Assembly (NCBI RefSeq): GCF_009914755.1
Contig: NC_060933.1
Direction: 5' to 3' (one strand)
DNA from: the human T2T-CHM13v2.0 reference genome, Homo sapiens
DNA: 64,000 bases
This document shows positions 30,101 to 44,434 of this stretch, piece after piece. A program made the translations under genes and the position numbers. Position 1 is the stretch's first letter; each line of letters opens with the position of its first letter. The notes under the pieces were generated by a model, which saw only the letters and a list, made by a program, of their open reading frames with translations, had not been told where the DNA came from and ran no database searches.

Positions 30101-33100
30101 AGAAACTTCTTTTTGATGTGTGGATTCAACTCACAGAGTGAGAGCTTTCTTCTGATGGGGCGGTTTGGAAACTCTATTTTTGTAGAATCTCCAAGTGGAT
30201 ATTTGGAGCACTTTGAGACCTATGGTGGAAAAGCAAATATCTTCACATAAAAACTAGACAGAATAATTCTGAGAAAATTATTTGTGATGTGTGCGTTCAT
30301 CTCACAGAGTGGAAACTTTCTTTTGTTTGAGCAGTTTGGAAACACTCTTTTTGTGGAATATACATGTGGACATTTGGAGCGCTTTGCGGCCTATGGCATA
30401 AAAGGAATTATCCTCTCGTAAAATCTAGACAGAAGCAATCTGAGAAACTTCTTTCTGATGTTTGCATTCATCTCAGAGAGTTAAACCTTTCTTTTGATTG
30501 AGCAGTTTTGAAACTCTCTTTTTGTAGAATCTGCAAGTGGACATTTGGAGTGCTTTGAGGCATATGGTGGAAAAGGAAATATCTTCACATTAAGGCTAGA
30601 CAGAAGAATTCTGACAAACTTCTTCGAGAATGCGTGTGTTCATCTCACAGAGTTAAACCTTTCTTTTGATTGAGCAGTTTGGAAACACTCTTTTTGTATC
30701 ATCCACAAGGGGACATTTGGAACACTTTGCAGATTATGGTAGGAAAGGAAATAACTTCATATGAAATCTGGACAGAAGCAATCTGAGAAACTATTTTGTG
30801 ATGTGTGCATTCATCTCACAGAGTTAAACCTTTCTTTTGATTGAGCAGTTTTGAAACTCTCGTTTTGTATAATCTGCAAGTGGACATTTGGAATGCTTTG
30901 AAGCCTATGGAGGAAAAGGGAATATCTTCATATAAAAACCAGACAGAAGAATTCTGAGAAACTTCTTTGTGATATGTGCGTTCATCTCACAGAGTTGAAC
31001 TTTGTTTTGATTAAGCAGTTTGGAAACACTCTTTTAGTAGAATCTGCAAGTGGATATTTGGAGTGGTTTGTGGCCGATGGTAGAAAAGAAAATATCTTCA
31101 CATAAAATGTAGACAGAAGCAATCTGAGAAACTACTTTGTGATGTGTACATTCATCTCATAGAGGTAAAGCTTTCTTTAGATTGAGTCGTTTTGAAACTC
31201 TCTTTTTGAAGAATCTGCAAGTGGGCATCTAGAGCACTTGAGGCCTATGGTGGAAAAGAAAATATCTGCATATAAAAACTAGACAGAAGAATTCTGAGAA
31301 ACTCCTTTGTGATGTGTGAGTTCATCTCGCAGAGTTGAACCTTTATTTTGATAGAGCAGTTTGGAAACACACTTTTTGTAGATTCTGCAAGTTGACATTT
31401 GGAGCACGTTGTGGCCTATGGTAGAAAAGTAAATATCTTCACATAAAATCTAATAGAAGCAATCTGAGAAACGTCTTTTTGATGTGTGCATTCAACTCAC
31501 AGAGTGAGAGCTTTCTTTTGATGGGGCAGTTTGGAAACTCTATTTTTGTAGAGTCTGCAAGTGGACATTTTGAGTGCTTTGCGGCCTGTGGTGGAAAAGG
31601 AAATATCTTCACATAAAAACGAGACAGAAAAATTCTGAGAAACTTTTTTGTGATGCGAACTTTTCTTTTGGTTGACCAGGTTGGAAACGCCCTTTTTGTA
31701 GAATCTGCAAGTGGACATTTGGAGCACTTTGCGGCCTTTGGTAGAAAATGAAATATCTTCACATAAAATCTAGACAGAAGCAATCTGAGAAACTTCTTTG
31801 TGATGTGTACATTTATCTCCAAGAGTTGAACATTTCTATTCATGGATCAGTTTTGACATACGCTTTTTGTAGAATCTGCAAGTGGAGATTTCGAGTGCCT
31901 TGAGACCTACGGTGGAAAATGAAATATCTTCATATAAAAACTAGACAGAAAAATTCTGAGAAACGTCTTTGTGATATGTGGGTTCATCTCACAGAGTTGA
32001 AACTTTCTTTTGATTGAGCAGTTTGGAAACATGATTTTTGTAGAATCTGCAACTGGACATTTGGAGTGCTTTGTGGCCTATGGTAGAAAAGGAAATATCT
32101 TCACATAAAATCTAGACAAAAGCAATCTGAGAAACTTCTTTGTGATGTGTGCATTCATCTCACAGTGTTAAAACTTTCTTTTGATTGAGCATTTTTGAGA
32201 CTCTCTTTTGTAGAATCTGCAAGTGGACATTTGGAGCCCTTTGAGGCCTGTGGTGGAAAAGGAAATATCTTCACACAAAAACTAGACAGAAGAATTCTGA
32301 GAAACTTCTTTGTGATGTGTCCGGTTATTTCACAGTGTTGAACCTTTCTTTTGATTGAGCTGTTTAGAAACACTCTTTTTGGAGAATCTGCAAGTGGACA
32401 TTGGAGCGCTTTGAGGCCTATGGTGGAAAAGGAAATATCTTCACATAAAAACTAGACAGAAGATTTCTGAGAAACTCCTTGTGATGCGTGCGTTCATCTC
32501 ACAGAGTTGAACCTTTCTTTTGATTGAGCAGTTTGGAAACCCTCATTGTAGAATCTGCAAGCGGACACTTGGAGCACTTTGCGGCCTATGATAGAAAAGA
32601 AAATATCTTCACATAAAATCTAGACAGAAGCAATCGGAGAAACTACTTTGTGGTGTGTGCATTCATCTCACAGTTAACCCTTTCTTTTGATTGAGCAATT
32701 TTGAAACTTTCTTATTGTAGTATCTGCAAGTGGACACTTGGATCGCTTTGAGGCCTATGGTGGAAAACTTAATATCTTCACATAAAAACTAGAGAGAATT
32801 CTGAGAAACTTCTTTCTGATGCGTGCATTCATCTCATGGAGTTGAAGATTTCTTTTGATTGAGCAGTTTGGAAACTCTTTTGTAGATTCTGCAAGTGGAT
32901 ATTTGGAGCGCTTTGCGGCCTATGTTAGAAAAGGAAATATCTTCATATAAAATATAGACAGAAGCAACCTGAGAAACTTCTTTGTGATGCGTGCATTCAT
33001 CTCACACAGTTAAACCTTTCTTTGAATGGACCAGTTTTGAAATACTCTTTTTGTATAATCTGCAAGTGGACGTTTCGAGCGCCTTGAGGCCTATGGTGTA

Positions 33101-36100
33101 AAAGGAAATATCTTCACATAAAATCTAGACAGAACAATAACGTGAAATTTCTTTGTGTTGTGTGGTTTTATCTCACAGAGTTGAATCTTTCTTTTGATTG
33201 AGCAGTTTGCAAAACAAGCTTTTTGTACAATCTGCAAGTGGACATATGGTGTGCTTCATGGCCTATGGTAGAAAAGGAAATAACTTCAAATAAAATCTAG
33301 ACAGAAGAAATCTGAGAAACTTCTTTGTGATGTGTGCATTCATCTCACAGAGTTAAACCTTTCTACTGATTGAGGAATTTTGAAACTCTCTTTTTGTAGA
33401 ATCTGCAAGTGGACATTTGGAGGAATTTGAGGCCTATGTTGGAAAAGGAAATATCTTCACAAAGAAAACGAGATAGAAGGATTCTCAGAAACTTCTTTGT
33501 GATGCTTGCATTCATGTCCCAGAGTTGAAACTTTCTTTGATGGACAAGTTTTGAAATACTCTTTTTGTAGAATCTGCAAGTGGACATTTCGAATGCCTTG
33601 AGGCCTATGGTGGAAAATGAAATATCTTCACATAAAAACCAGACAGAAGAATTCTGGGAAACTTCTTCATGATGTGTGTGTTCATCTCACAGAGTTGAAA
33701 CTTTCTTCTAATTGAGCAGTTTGGAAACACTCTTTTTGTAGAATCTTCAAGTGGACATTTGGAGTGCTTTGCAGCCTATGGTAGAAAAGGAAATATATTC
33801 ACATAAAATCTAGACAGAAGAAATCTGAGAAACATCTTTGTGATGTGTGCATTCATCTCACAGAGTAAAACCTTCCTTTTAATGGAGCAATTTTAAATCT
33901 CTCTTTTTGTACAAACTGCAAGTGGACATTTGGAGCCCTTTAAGGCCTGTGGTGGAAAAGGAAATATCTTCACATAAAAACTAGATGGAAGAATTCTGAG
34001 AAACTCTTTTGTGATGTGTGCATTCATCTCACAGAGTTGAATCCTACTTTTGATTGAGCAGTTTGGGAACACTCTTTTTGTAGACTCTGCAAGTGGACAT
34101 TTGGAGCACTTTGTGGGCTATGGTAGAAAAGGAAATATCTTCACATAAAATCTAGACAGAAGCAACCTGACAAACTTCTTTGTGATGTGTGCATTCATCT
34201 CACAGAGTTGAATCTTTCTTTTCATAGAGCAGTTTTGAAACTCTCTTTTATAAAATCTGCAAGTGGACATTTGAAGTGCTTTGAGGCATATGGTGGTTAA
34301 CGAAATATCTTTACATAATAACTGGACAAAAGCATTCTGAGAAACTTCTTTGTGATGTGTGTGTTCATCTTTCAGAGTTAAACATTTCTTTTGATTGAGC
34401 AGTTTTGAAACTCTCTTTTTGAAGAATCTTCAAGTGGACATTTGGAGGGCTTCACTGCCTGTGGTAGAAAAGGAAGTTTCTTCACATAAAATCTAGACAG
34501 CAGCTATCTGAGAAACTTCTTTGTGATGCCTGCATTCATTTCACAGAATTGAACATTTCTTTTGACTGAGCAGTTTGGAAACACCCTTTTTTTAGAAGCT
34601 GCAATTGGACATTTGAAGAGTTTTGCAGCCTATGGTAGAAATGGAAATACCTTCACATAAAATCTAGGCAGAATCAGTCTGAGAAACATCTTTGTTATGT
34701 CTGAATTCATCTCAGAGAGTTAAACCTTTCTTTTGAATGAGCTGTTTTGAAACTCTCTTTTTGTAGAATCTGCAAGTGGACATTTGAAGTGCTTTGAGGC
34801 CTATAGTGGAAAAGGAAATATCTTCACATAAAAACTAGACAGAAGAATTCTGAGAAACTTCTTGGTGATGTGTGCGTTCATCTCACAGAGTTGAAACTTT
34901 CTTTTGATTGAGCAGTTCGGAAACACTCTTTTTCCAGAATCTGCAAGGGGACATTTGGAGTGCTTTGTGTCCTATGGTAGAAAAGGAAACATCTTTACAT
35001 AATATCTAGACAGAAGCCGTCTGAGATACTTCTTTGTGATGTGTGCATTCATCTCACAGAGATAAACGTTTCTTTTGATAGAGCAGTTTAGAAACTCTCT
35101 TTTTGTGGAATCTGCAAGTGGACATTTGGAGCGCTTTGAGGCCTAGTGTGGAAAAGGTAATACCTTCAAATAAAAACTAGACAGAGAAATTCTGAAAAAT
35201 TACGTTGTGATGTGTGCGTTCATCTCACAGAGTTAGACATTTCTTTTGATTCAGCAGTTTAGAAACACTGTTTTTGTAGAATCTGCAAGTGGACATTTGG
35301 GGCACTTTGTTGTCTATGGTAGAAAAGGAAATATCTTCACATTAAATCTAGATGAAGCAATCTGAGAAACTTCTTTGTGATGTATGCATTCATCTCACAG
35401 AGTTAAATTTTTCTTTTCATTGAGCAGTTTTGAAACTCACTTTTTGTAGAATCTGCAAGTGGACATTTGGAGCACTTTGAGGACTATGGTGGAAAAGGAA
35501 ATATCTTCACATAAAAACTAGATAGAAGCATTATGAGAAACTTCTTTGTGATGTGTGCATTTATCTCCCAGAGTTGAATCTTTCTTTTGATGGACCCGCT
35601 TTGAAATACTCTTTTTTGTAGAATCTGCAATTGGACATCTAAAGAGACTTGATGCCTACAGTGGAAAATGAAATGTTTTCACATAAAAACTAGACAGAAG
35701 AATTCTGAGAAACTTCTTTGAGATGTGTGCCTTTATCTCACAGAATTAAGCCTTTCTTTTGATGGAGCAGTATTGAAACTATCTTTTTGTAGTATCTTCA
35801 AGTGGACATTTAGAGCACTTTGAGGCCGATGGTTGAAAAGGAAGTATCTTCACATAAAAGCTAGACAGAAGCAATCTGAGGAACATCTTTGTGATGTGTG
35901 CATTCATCTTACACACTTAAACCTTTCTTTTGATTGAGCAGTTTTGAATCTCTCTTTTTGTAGAATCTGCAAGTGGACATTTGGAGTGCTCTGAGGCCTA
36001 CAGTAGAAAAGGAAATATCTTCACATAAAAATTAGACAGAAGAATTCTGGGAAACTTCTTTGTGATAGGTGCGTTCATCTCACAGAGTTGAACCTTTCTT

Positions 36101-39100
36101 TTGATTGAGCAGTTTGGAAACACTCCTTTTGTACAATCTGAAAGTGGACATTCGGAGTGCTTCGTGGCCTATGGTAGAAAAGGAAATATCTTCACATAAA
36201 ATCAAGACAGAAATATTCTGAGAAACTTCTTTGTGATGTATGCATTCATCTCACAGAGTTGAAAATTTCTTTTGAATGAGCAGTTTGGAAACACTCCTTT
36301 GTAGAGTCTGTAAGTGAACATTTGCAGCGCTTTGAGACCTATGGTAGAAAAGGAAATATCTTCACATAAAATCTAGACAGTAGCAATTTGAGAATCTTCT
36401 TTGTGATGTCTTCATTCATCTCACAGAGTTAAACCTTTCTTTTGATTGAGCAGTTTTGAAAGTCTGTTTTTTTTAGAATCTGCAAGTGAATATTTGGAGC
36501 GCTTTGAGGCCCATGGTGGAAAAGGAAATATCTTTACCTAAAAACTAGATAGAAGAATTCTGAGAAACTTCTTTGTGATGTGAGCATTGATCTCACAGAG
36601 TTGAAACTTTCTTTTGATTGAGCAGTTAGGAAACACTCTTTTTGTAGAATCTGCAATGGACATTTGGAGCACTTTGCGGACAATGGTAGAAAAGGAAATA
36701 TCTTCACATGAAATCTAGATGGAAGAAATCTGAGAAACTTCTTTTTGATGTATGCATTCACATCAAAGTGCTAAAACTTTCTTTTGATTGAGGAGTTTCA
36801 AAACTCTCTTTTTGTAAAATGTGCAAGTGGACATTTGGAGTGCTTTGAGGCCTATGGTGGAAAAGGAAATATCTTCACATAAAAATTAGGCAGAAGAATT
36901 CTGAGAAACTTCTTTGTGATGTGTGCGTTCATCTCACAGATTTGAAACTTTCTTTGACTGAGCAGTTTGGAAACACTCTTTTTGTAGAATCTGCTGGTGG
37001 ACATTTCGAGTGCTTTGCAGCCTATTGTAGAAAAAGAAATATCTTCATATAAAATGTAGACAGAGGCAATCTGACAAACTTCTTTGTGATGTGTGCTTTC
37101 ATCTCACAGAGTTGAACCATTTTTTTTTGTTTGAGCAGTTTTGAAACTCTCCTTTTGTAGAATCTGCAAGTGGACATATGGAGCATCTTGAGGCCTATGG
37201 TGGAAAAGGAAATACCTTCACATGAAAACTAGACAGAAGAATTCTGAGAAACTTCTTTCATCTCACAGAGTTGAACCTTTCTTTTGATCGAGCGTATGGA
37301 AACACTGTTTTTGTAGAATCTGCAAGTGGACATTCGTAGTGCTTTGCAGCTTACTGTTGAAAAGGAAATATATTCACATAAAATCTAGACAGGAGCAATC
37401 AGAGAAACTTCCTTGTGATGTATGCATTCATCTCACAGAGTTAAACCTTCCTTCTGATTGTGCAGTTTTGAAACTCTCTTTTTATATAATCTGCAGGTGG
37501 ACATTTTTAGCGCTTTGACTCCTATGGTGGAAAAGGAAATATCTTCACATAAAAACTAGATAGAAGCACTCTGAGAAACTTCTTTGTTGTGTGTGCATTC
37601 ATCTCCCAGAGATAAACCATTCTTTTGTTGGAGCATTTTTGAAATCCTCTTTTCGTAGAATCTTCATGTGGACATTTCAAGTTCCTTGAGGCCAATGATG
37701 GAAAATCAAATATCTTCACATAAAAATTAGACAGAAGTATTCTGAGAAACTTCTTTGTGATGCTTGCGTTCATCTCACAGAGTTGAACCTTTCTTTTAAT
37801 TCAGCAGTTTGGAAACACTCTTTTTGTAGAAACTACAAGTGGACATTTGGAGTGCTTTGCGGCCTATGGTAGAAAAGGAAATATCTTCACATAAAATCTA
37901 CACAGAAGCAATCTGTGAAACCTCTTTGTGATGTGTGCATTCATCTCACAGAGTTAAACCTTTCTTTTGATTGAGAAGTTTTGAAACTCTCTTTTTGTAA
38001 AATCTGCAAGTGGACATTTGCAGCACTTTGAGGCCTGTGTTGGAAAAGGAAATATATTCACATAAAAACTAGACAGAAGAATTCTGAGAAACTTCTTTTT
38101 GATGCATGCGATCATCTCACAGAGTTAAATCTTTCTTTTGATTGAACAATTTGGAACCACTCTTTTTGTAGAATCTGCAAGTGGACATTTGGAGCCCTTT
38201 GCAGCCTATGGTAGAAAAGGAAATATCGTCACATAAAATCTAGACAGAAACAATCTCAGAATGTTCTGTGTGATGTGCGCATTCATCTCCTAGAGTTGAA
38301 TGTTTCTTTTGAAGGACCAGTTTTGAAATACGCTTTTTGTAGAATCTACAAGTGGACATTTCGAGTGCCATGAGGCCTAAGGTGGAAAAGGAAATATCTT
38401 CATATAAAAACTAGACAGAAGAATTTTGAGAAACTTCATTGTGATGCGGGCATACATCTCACAGAGCTGAAACTTTCTTTTGATTGAGCAGTTTTGAAAC
38501 AATCTTTTTGTAGAATCTGCAAGTGGACATTTGGATCGCTTTGCTGCCAATGCTAGGAAAGGAAATACCTTCACATAAAATCTAGACAGAAGCAATCTGA
38601 GAAACTTCTTTGTGATGTGTGCATTCATCTCGCAGTGTTGAACCTTTCTTTTGATTGAGCAGTTTTGAAACTCTCTTTTTGTAGCATCTTCAAGTGGACT
38701 TTTGGAGCACTTTGGGGCCTATGGTGGAAAAGGAAATATCTTCACATAAAAACTAGATAGAAGCATTCTTAGAAACTTCTTTGTGATGTGTAGATTCATC
38801 TCAAGAGTTGCACTTTTCTTTTGATGGACCAGTTTTGAAATACTCTTTTTGTAGAATCTGCAAGTGGTCATTTCAAGTGCCTTGAGGCCAATGGTGGAAA
38901 AAGAAATATCTGCACATAAAAACTAGACAGAAGCACTCTGAGAAACTTCTCTGTGATGTGGGCATTCATCTCACAAATTTGAAATTTTCTTTTGATGGAC
39001 CAGTTTTGAAATGCCGTTTTTGTAGAATCTGGAAGTGGACATTTCAAGTGCCTTGAGGCCTATGCTGGAAAATGAAATAACTTCACATAAAAACTAGATA

Positions 39101-42100
39101 GAAGAATTTTGAGCAACTTCTTTCTGATGTGTGCACTCATCTCACAAAATTGAAACTATCTTTTAATTGAGCATTATGAAAACACTTTTTGTAGAATCTG
39201 CAAATGGACATTTGGAGTGCTTTGTGGCCTATGGCAGGAAAGGAAATATCTTCACATAAAATCTAGACAGAAGCAATCTCAGAATCTTCTTTGTGATGTA
39301 TGCATTCACCTCAAAGAGTTACACCTTTCTTTTGATTGAGGAGTTTTGAAACTCTGTTTTTGGAGAATCTGTAAGTGGACATTTGCAGCACTTTGAGGCC
39401 TACGGTGAAAAAGGAAATATCTTCACATAAAAAGTAGACGGGAGAATTCTGAGAAACTTCTTTGTAATGTGTGTGTTCATCTCACAGAGTTGAACCTTTC
39501 TTTTGATTGAGCAGTTAGGAAACACTCTTTTTGTAGAATCTGCAAGTGGACATTTGGAGCGCTTAGTGGCCTATGGTGGAAAAGGAAATATGTTCACATA
39601 ATAACTAGACAGAAGAATTCTGAGAAACTTCTTTGTGATGCACGTGTTCATCTCACCGAGTGGAACCTTTGTTTTGATTGAGCAGTTTGGAAACAATCTT
39701 TTTGTAGAATCTGCAAGGAGACATTTTGAGCACTTTGCGGCCTTTGGTAGAAAAGGAAATATCTTCACATAAAATCTAGACAGAAGCAATTTGAGAAACT
39801 TCTTTGTGTTTTGTGCATTCATCTCACAGAGTTAAACCTTTCTTTTGATTGATCAGTTTTCAAATTCTCTTTTTGTAGAATGTGGTAGTGGAAATTTGGA
39901 GCACTTAGAGGCTTATGGTGGAAAAGGAAATAACTCCACATAAAAACTAGACAAGAATTCTGAGAAACTTCTTCATGATGTGTGTGTTTATCTCACAGAT
40001 TTGAACCTTTCTTTTGCTTCAGCAGTTTAGAAACACTCTTTTTGTAGAATCTTCAAATGGACATTTGGAGCACTTTGCGGCCAATGGTAGAAAAGGAAAT
40101 ATCTTCACATAAAATCTAGTCAGAAGCAATCTAAGAAACTTCTTTGTGATGTGTGTATTCATCTCACAGAGTTAAAACTTTCTTTTGACTGAGAAGTTTT
40201 GAAACTCTCTTTTTGTAGAATCCGCAAGTGGACATTTGTAGCGCTTTTGGGCTTATAGTGGAAAAGGAAATATCTTCACAGAAAAACTAGACAGAAGAAT
40301 TCTGAGAAACTTCTTTGTGATGTGTGCCTTCATCTCAAAGAGTTGAAACTTTCTTTTGATACAGCAGTTTGGAAACACTCTTTTTGGAGATTCTGCAAGT
40401 GGACATTTGCTGCACTATGCAGACTATGGTAGAAAAGGTAATATCTTCACAAAAAATCTAGGCAGAAGGAATCTGAGAAACTTCTTTGGCATGTGTGCAT
40501 TCATCTCACAGATTTCAACCTTTCTTTTGACTGAGCAGTTTTGAAACACTCTTTTTGTAGAATTTGCAAGTGGACATTTGGATCGTTTTGAGGCCTATGG
40601 TGGAAAAGGAAATATCTTCACATAAAAACTAGACAGAAGAATTCTGAGAATCTCCTTTGTGATGTATGCGTTTATCTCACAAAGTTGAACCTTCCCTTTG
40701 ATTGAGCAATTTAGAAACGTTCTTTTTGTAGAATCTGCAAGTGGACTTTTGGAGTGCTTTAGTGCCTCTGGTAGAAAAGGAAGTATCTTCACATAAAATC
40801 TAGACAGAAGCAATCTCAGAAACTTCTTTGTGATATGTGCATTCATCTCACAGAGTTAAACCTTTCTTTTCATTGAGTAGTTCTGAAGCTCTCTTTTTGT
40901 AGAATCTGCAAGTGGACATTTTGAGTGCTTTGAGGCCTACAGTGGGAAAGGGAATATTTTCACATAAAGACTAGACAGAAGAATTCTAAGAAACTTCTCT
41001 GTGATGTGTGCATTCATCTCACAGAGTTGAACATTTCTTTTGATTGAGAATTTTTGAAACACTCTTTTTGTAGATTCTCTAAGTGAGCATTTGGAGTGCT
41101 TTGCAGCCTATGTTAGAGAAGGAAATAGCTCCACATAAAATCTAGACAGGAGCAATCTGAGAAACTTCTTTGGGATGTGTGCATTCATCTCACAGGGTTA
41201 ACTCTTACTTTTGATTGAGCAGTTTTGAAACTCTCTTTTTGTTGAATGTGCAAGTGGACATTTGGAGCGCTTTGAGGCCTACGGTGGAAAACGAAATATC
41301 TTCACATAAAAACTAGACAGAAGCATTTTTAGAAACTTCTTTGTGATGTGTGCACAGATCTCAAAGAGTTAAGCCTTTGTTTTTATTGAGCAGTTTTGAA
41401 TCTCTCTTTTTGTAGAATCTGCAAGTTAACATTTGGAGCGCTTTGAGGCCTGTGGAGGAAAAGGAAATATTTTCACATCAAAACTACACAGAAGAATTTG
41501 GAGAAACTTCTTTGTGATGCATGCGTTTATCTCACAGAGTTGAACCTTTCTTTTGATTAAGCAGTTTGGAAACACTCTTTTTGTGGAATCTGCAAGTGGA
41601 CATTTGGAGCGCTTTGCAGCCTATGTTAGAAAAGGAAATATATTCCCATAAAATCTAGATAGAATGAATCTGAGAAACTTCTTTGTGATGTGTGCATTCA
41701 TCTCACAGAGTTAAAACTTTCTTTTGATTGAGCTGTCTTGAAACTCTCTTTTTGTAAAATCTGCAAGTGGACATTTGGAGCGCTTTGAGGCCTATGGTGG
41801 AAAAGTAAATATTTTCACATAAAAACTAGACAGAAAAATTCTGAGAAACTTCTTTGTGACTTGTGCATACATCTCAAAGAGTTGAACCTTTCTTTTGATT
41901 GAGCAGTTTGGAAGCACTCTTTTTGTAGAATATGCAAGTGGACATTTGGAGCACTTTGTGACCTCTCGTAGAAAAGGAAATATCTTCACAGAAAATCTAG
42001 ATAAAAGCAGTCTGACAAAGTACTTTATGATGTGTGCATTCATCTCACAGAGTTAAACATTTCTTTTGATTGAGCACTTTTGAAACTCTCTTTTTGTAGA

Positions 42101-42200
42101 ATCTGCAAGTGTATATTTGGAGCAGTTTGAGGTCTATGGTGGAAAAGGAAGTATCTTCAGATAAAAACTAGACAGAAGAATTCTGAGAAACTTCTTTGTG
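21121..42200 (+). repeat. Alpha satellite, divergent dimer-like A-type layer
   Basis: Largely alternating 'ggtagaaaagg...aaatctagacagaagcaatctgag...gttaaac...ttttgaaactctc' and 'ggtggaaaagg...aaaactagacagaagaattctgag...gcgttc...gtttggaaacac' monomers; no CENP-B boxes seen. Confidence 0.92.
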
Positions 42201-43512
42201 ACGTGCGAATTCAACTCACAGAGTTGAACCTTTCTTTTGATAGGGCAGGTTTGAAACACTCTTTTTGCAGAATCTGCAAGTGGACATTTGAAGTGCTTTG
42301 AGGCCTATGGTGGAAAAATAAATATCTTCCCATAAAAAATAGAAAGAGGCATTCTCAGAAACTTCTTTGTGATGTTTGCCTTCAACGCACAGAGTTGAAC
42401 ATACCTTATCATAGAGCAGTTTTGAAACACTCTTTTAGTAGAATCTGCAAGTGGATATATGGAAAGCCTTGAGGCCTTCGTTGGAAACGGGTACATCTTC
42501 ACATAAAAACTAGAGAGAAGCATTCTCAGGAACTTCTTTGTGATGTGTACATTCAACTCACAGAGTTGAACCTTTCTTTTGATAGAGCAGTTTTGAAACA
42601 CTCTTCTTGTAGAATCTGCAACTGCATATTTGGACTGCTTCGAGGCATTCATTGGAAATGGGATATCTTCACATAATCACTAGACAGAAGCATTCTCAGA
42701 AACTTCTTTGTGACGTGCGAATTCAACTCACAGAGTTGAATCTTTCTTTTGATAGGGCAGGTTTGAAACACTCTTTTTGCCGAATCTGCAAATGGACATT
42801 TGAAGCGCTTTGAGACCTATAGTGGAAAAGGAAATATCTTCACATAAAAACTAGACAGAAACATTCTCAGAAACTTGTGATGTTAGCATTCCACTCACAG
42901 AGTTGGACACACTTTATCATAGAGCAGTTTTGAAACACTCTTTTAGTAGAATCTGTGAATGAATATTTGGACCGCTTTGAGGCTTTTGTTGGAAACGGGA
43001 ATATCTTCACATAATCTCTAGAGAGAAGTTTTCTCAGAAACTTCTTTGTGCTGTGTGCATTCAACTCACAGAATTGAACCTTTCTTTTGATAGAGCAGTT
43101 TTGAAACACTGTTTTTGTAGAATCTGCAAGTGGACATTTGGAGAGCTTTGAGACCTATGGTCGAAAAGGAAATATCCTCACATAAAATATAGACAGAATC
43201 ATTCTCAGAAACTTCTTTGTGATGTTTGCATTCAACTCACAGAGTTGAAGATACTTTATCATAGAGCAGTTTTGACACACTCTTTCAGTAGAATCTGCAA
43301 GTGGATATTTGGACTGCTTTGAGGCATTCGTTGGAAATGGGAATATCTTCAGATAAGCACTAGATAGAAGCTTTCTCAGAAGCTACTTTGTGATGTGTAC
43401 ATTCATGTCACACAGCTGAACCTTTCTTTTTATAGAGCAGTTTAAGAACCCCCTTTTTGTAGAATCTGCATGTGGATATTTCGACCAGTTTGAGGTCTTC
43501 ATTGGAAACGGG

Positions 43513-43953
43513 TATATCTTCACATAAACTCTAGACAGAAGCATTCTCAGAAACTTTTTTGTGATGTGTGCATTCAACTCACAGAGTTGAACCTTTCTTT
43601 TGATAGAGCAGTTTAGAAACCCTCTTTTTGTAGAATCTGCATGTGGATATTTGGACCAGTTTGAGGTCTTCGTTGGAAACGGATATATCTTCACATAAAC
43701 TCTAGACAGAAGCATTCTCAGAAACTTTTTTGTGATGTGTGCATTCAACTCACAGAGTTGAACCTTTCTTTTGATAGAGCAGTTTAGAAACCCTCTTTTT
43801 GTAGAATCTGCATGTGGATATTTGGACCAGTTTGAGGTCTTCGTTGGAAACGGATATATCTTCACATAAACTCTAGACAGAAGCATTCTCAGAAACTTTT
43901 TTGTGATGTGTGCATTCAACTCACAGAGTTGAACCTTTCTTTTGATAGAGCAG
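43513..43953 (+). repeat. Perfect 171-bp tandem repeat (~2.6 identical copies) of a B-type monomer
   Basis: Identical units 'ataaactctagacagaagcattctcagaaacttttttgtg...gtttagaaaccctc...catgtggatatttggaccagtttgaggtcttcgttggaaacggatatatc'; visible as a 57-aa repeat in ORF 43383..44135. Confidence 0.9.
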
Positions 43954-44190
43954 CTTTGAAACACTCTTTTTGTAGAATTTGCAATTGGATATTTGGTCTG
44001 CTTTGAGGCCTTCTTTGGAAACGGGAATATCTTCACATAAACACTAGACAGAAGCATTCCCAGAAACTTCTTTGTGAGGCATGAATTCAACTCACAGAGT
44101 TGAACATATCTTATCACAGAGCAGCTTTCGAACACTCTTTTTGTAGAATCTGCCAGTGGATATTTAGAGAGCTTTGAGGCCTACGGTGGA

Positions 44191-44434
44191 AAAGGTTCAA
44201 CTCTGTTAGTTGAATGTACGCATCACAAAGAAGTTTCTGAGAATGCTTCTGTCTAGTTTTTATGTGAATATAATTCCTTTTCTACCACAGGCCTCAAAGC
44301 GCTCCAAATGTCCACTTGGAGATTCTGCAAAAAGAGTGTTTCAAACCTGCTCTATCAAAAGAAATTTTCAACTCTGTGAGTTGAATGCACACATCACAAA
44401 GAAGTTTCTGAGAATTTTTCTGTCTGGTTTTTAT
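44191..44434 (-). repeat. Inverted alpha-satellite segment (~1.4 monomers)
   Basis: The plus strand reads reverse alpha: 'aaaggttcaactctgttagttgaatg...catcacaaagaagtttctgagaatgcttctgtctagtttttatgtg'. Confidence 0.95.

Noticed and set aside
43383-44135. 250-aa repeat-protein-like ORF
   Set aside because: It is a by-product of the tandem amplification of a stop-free monomer.
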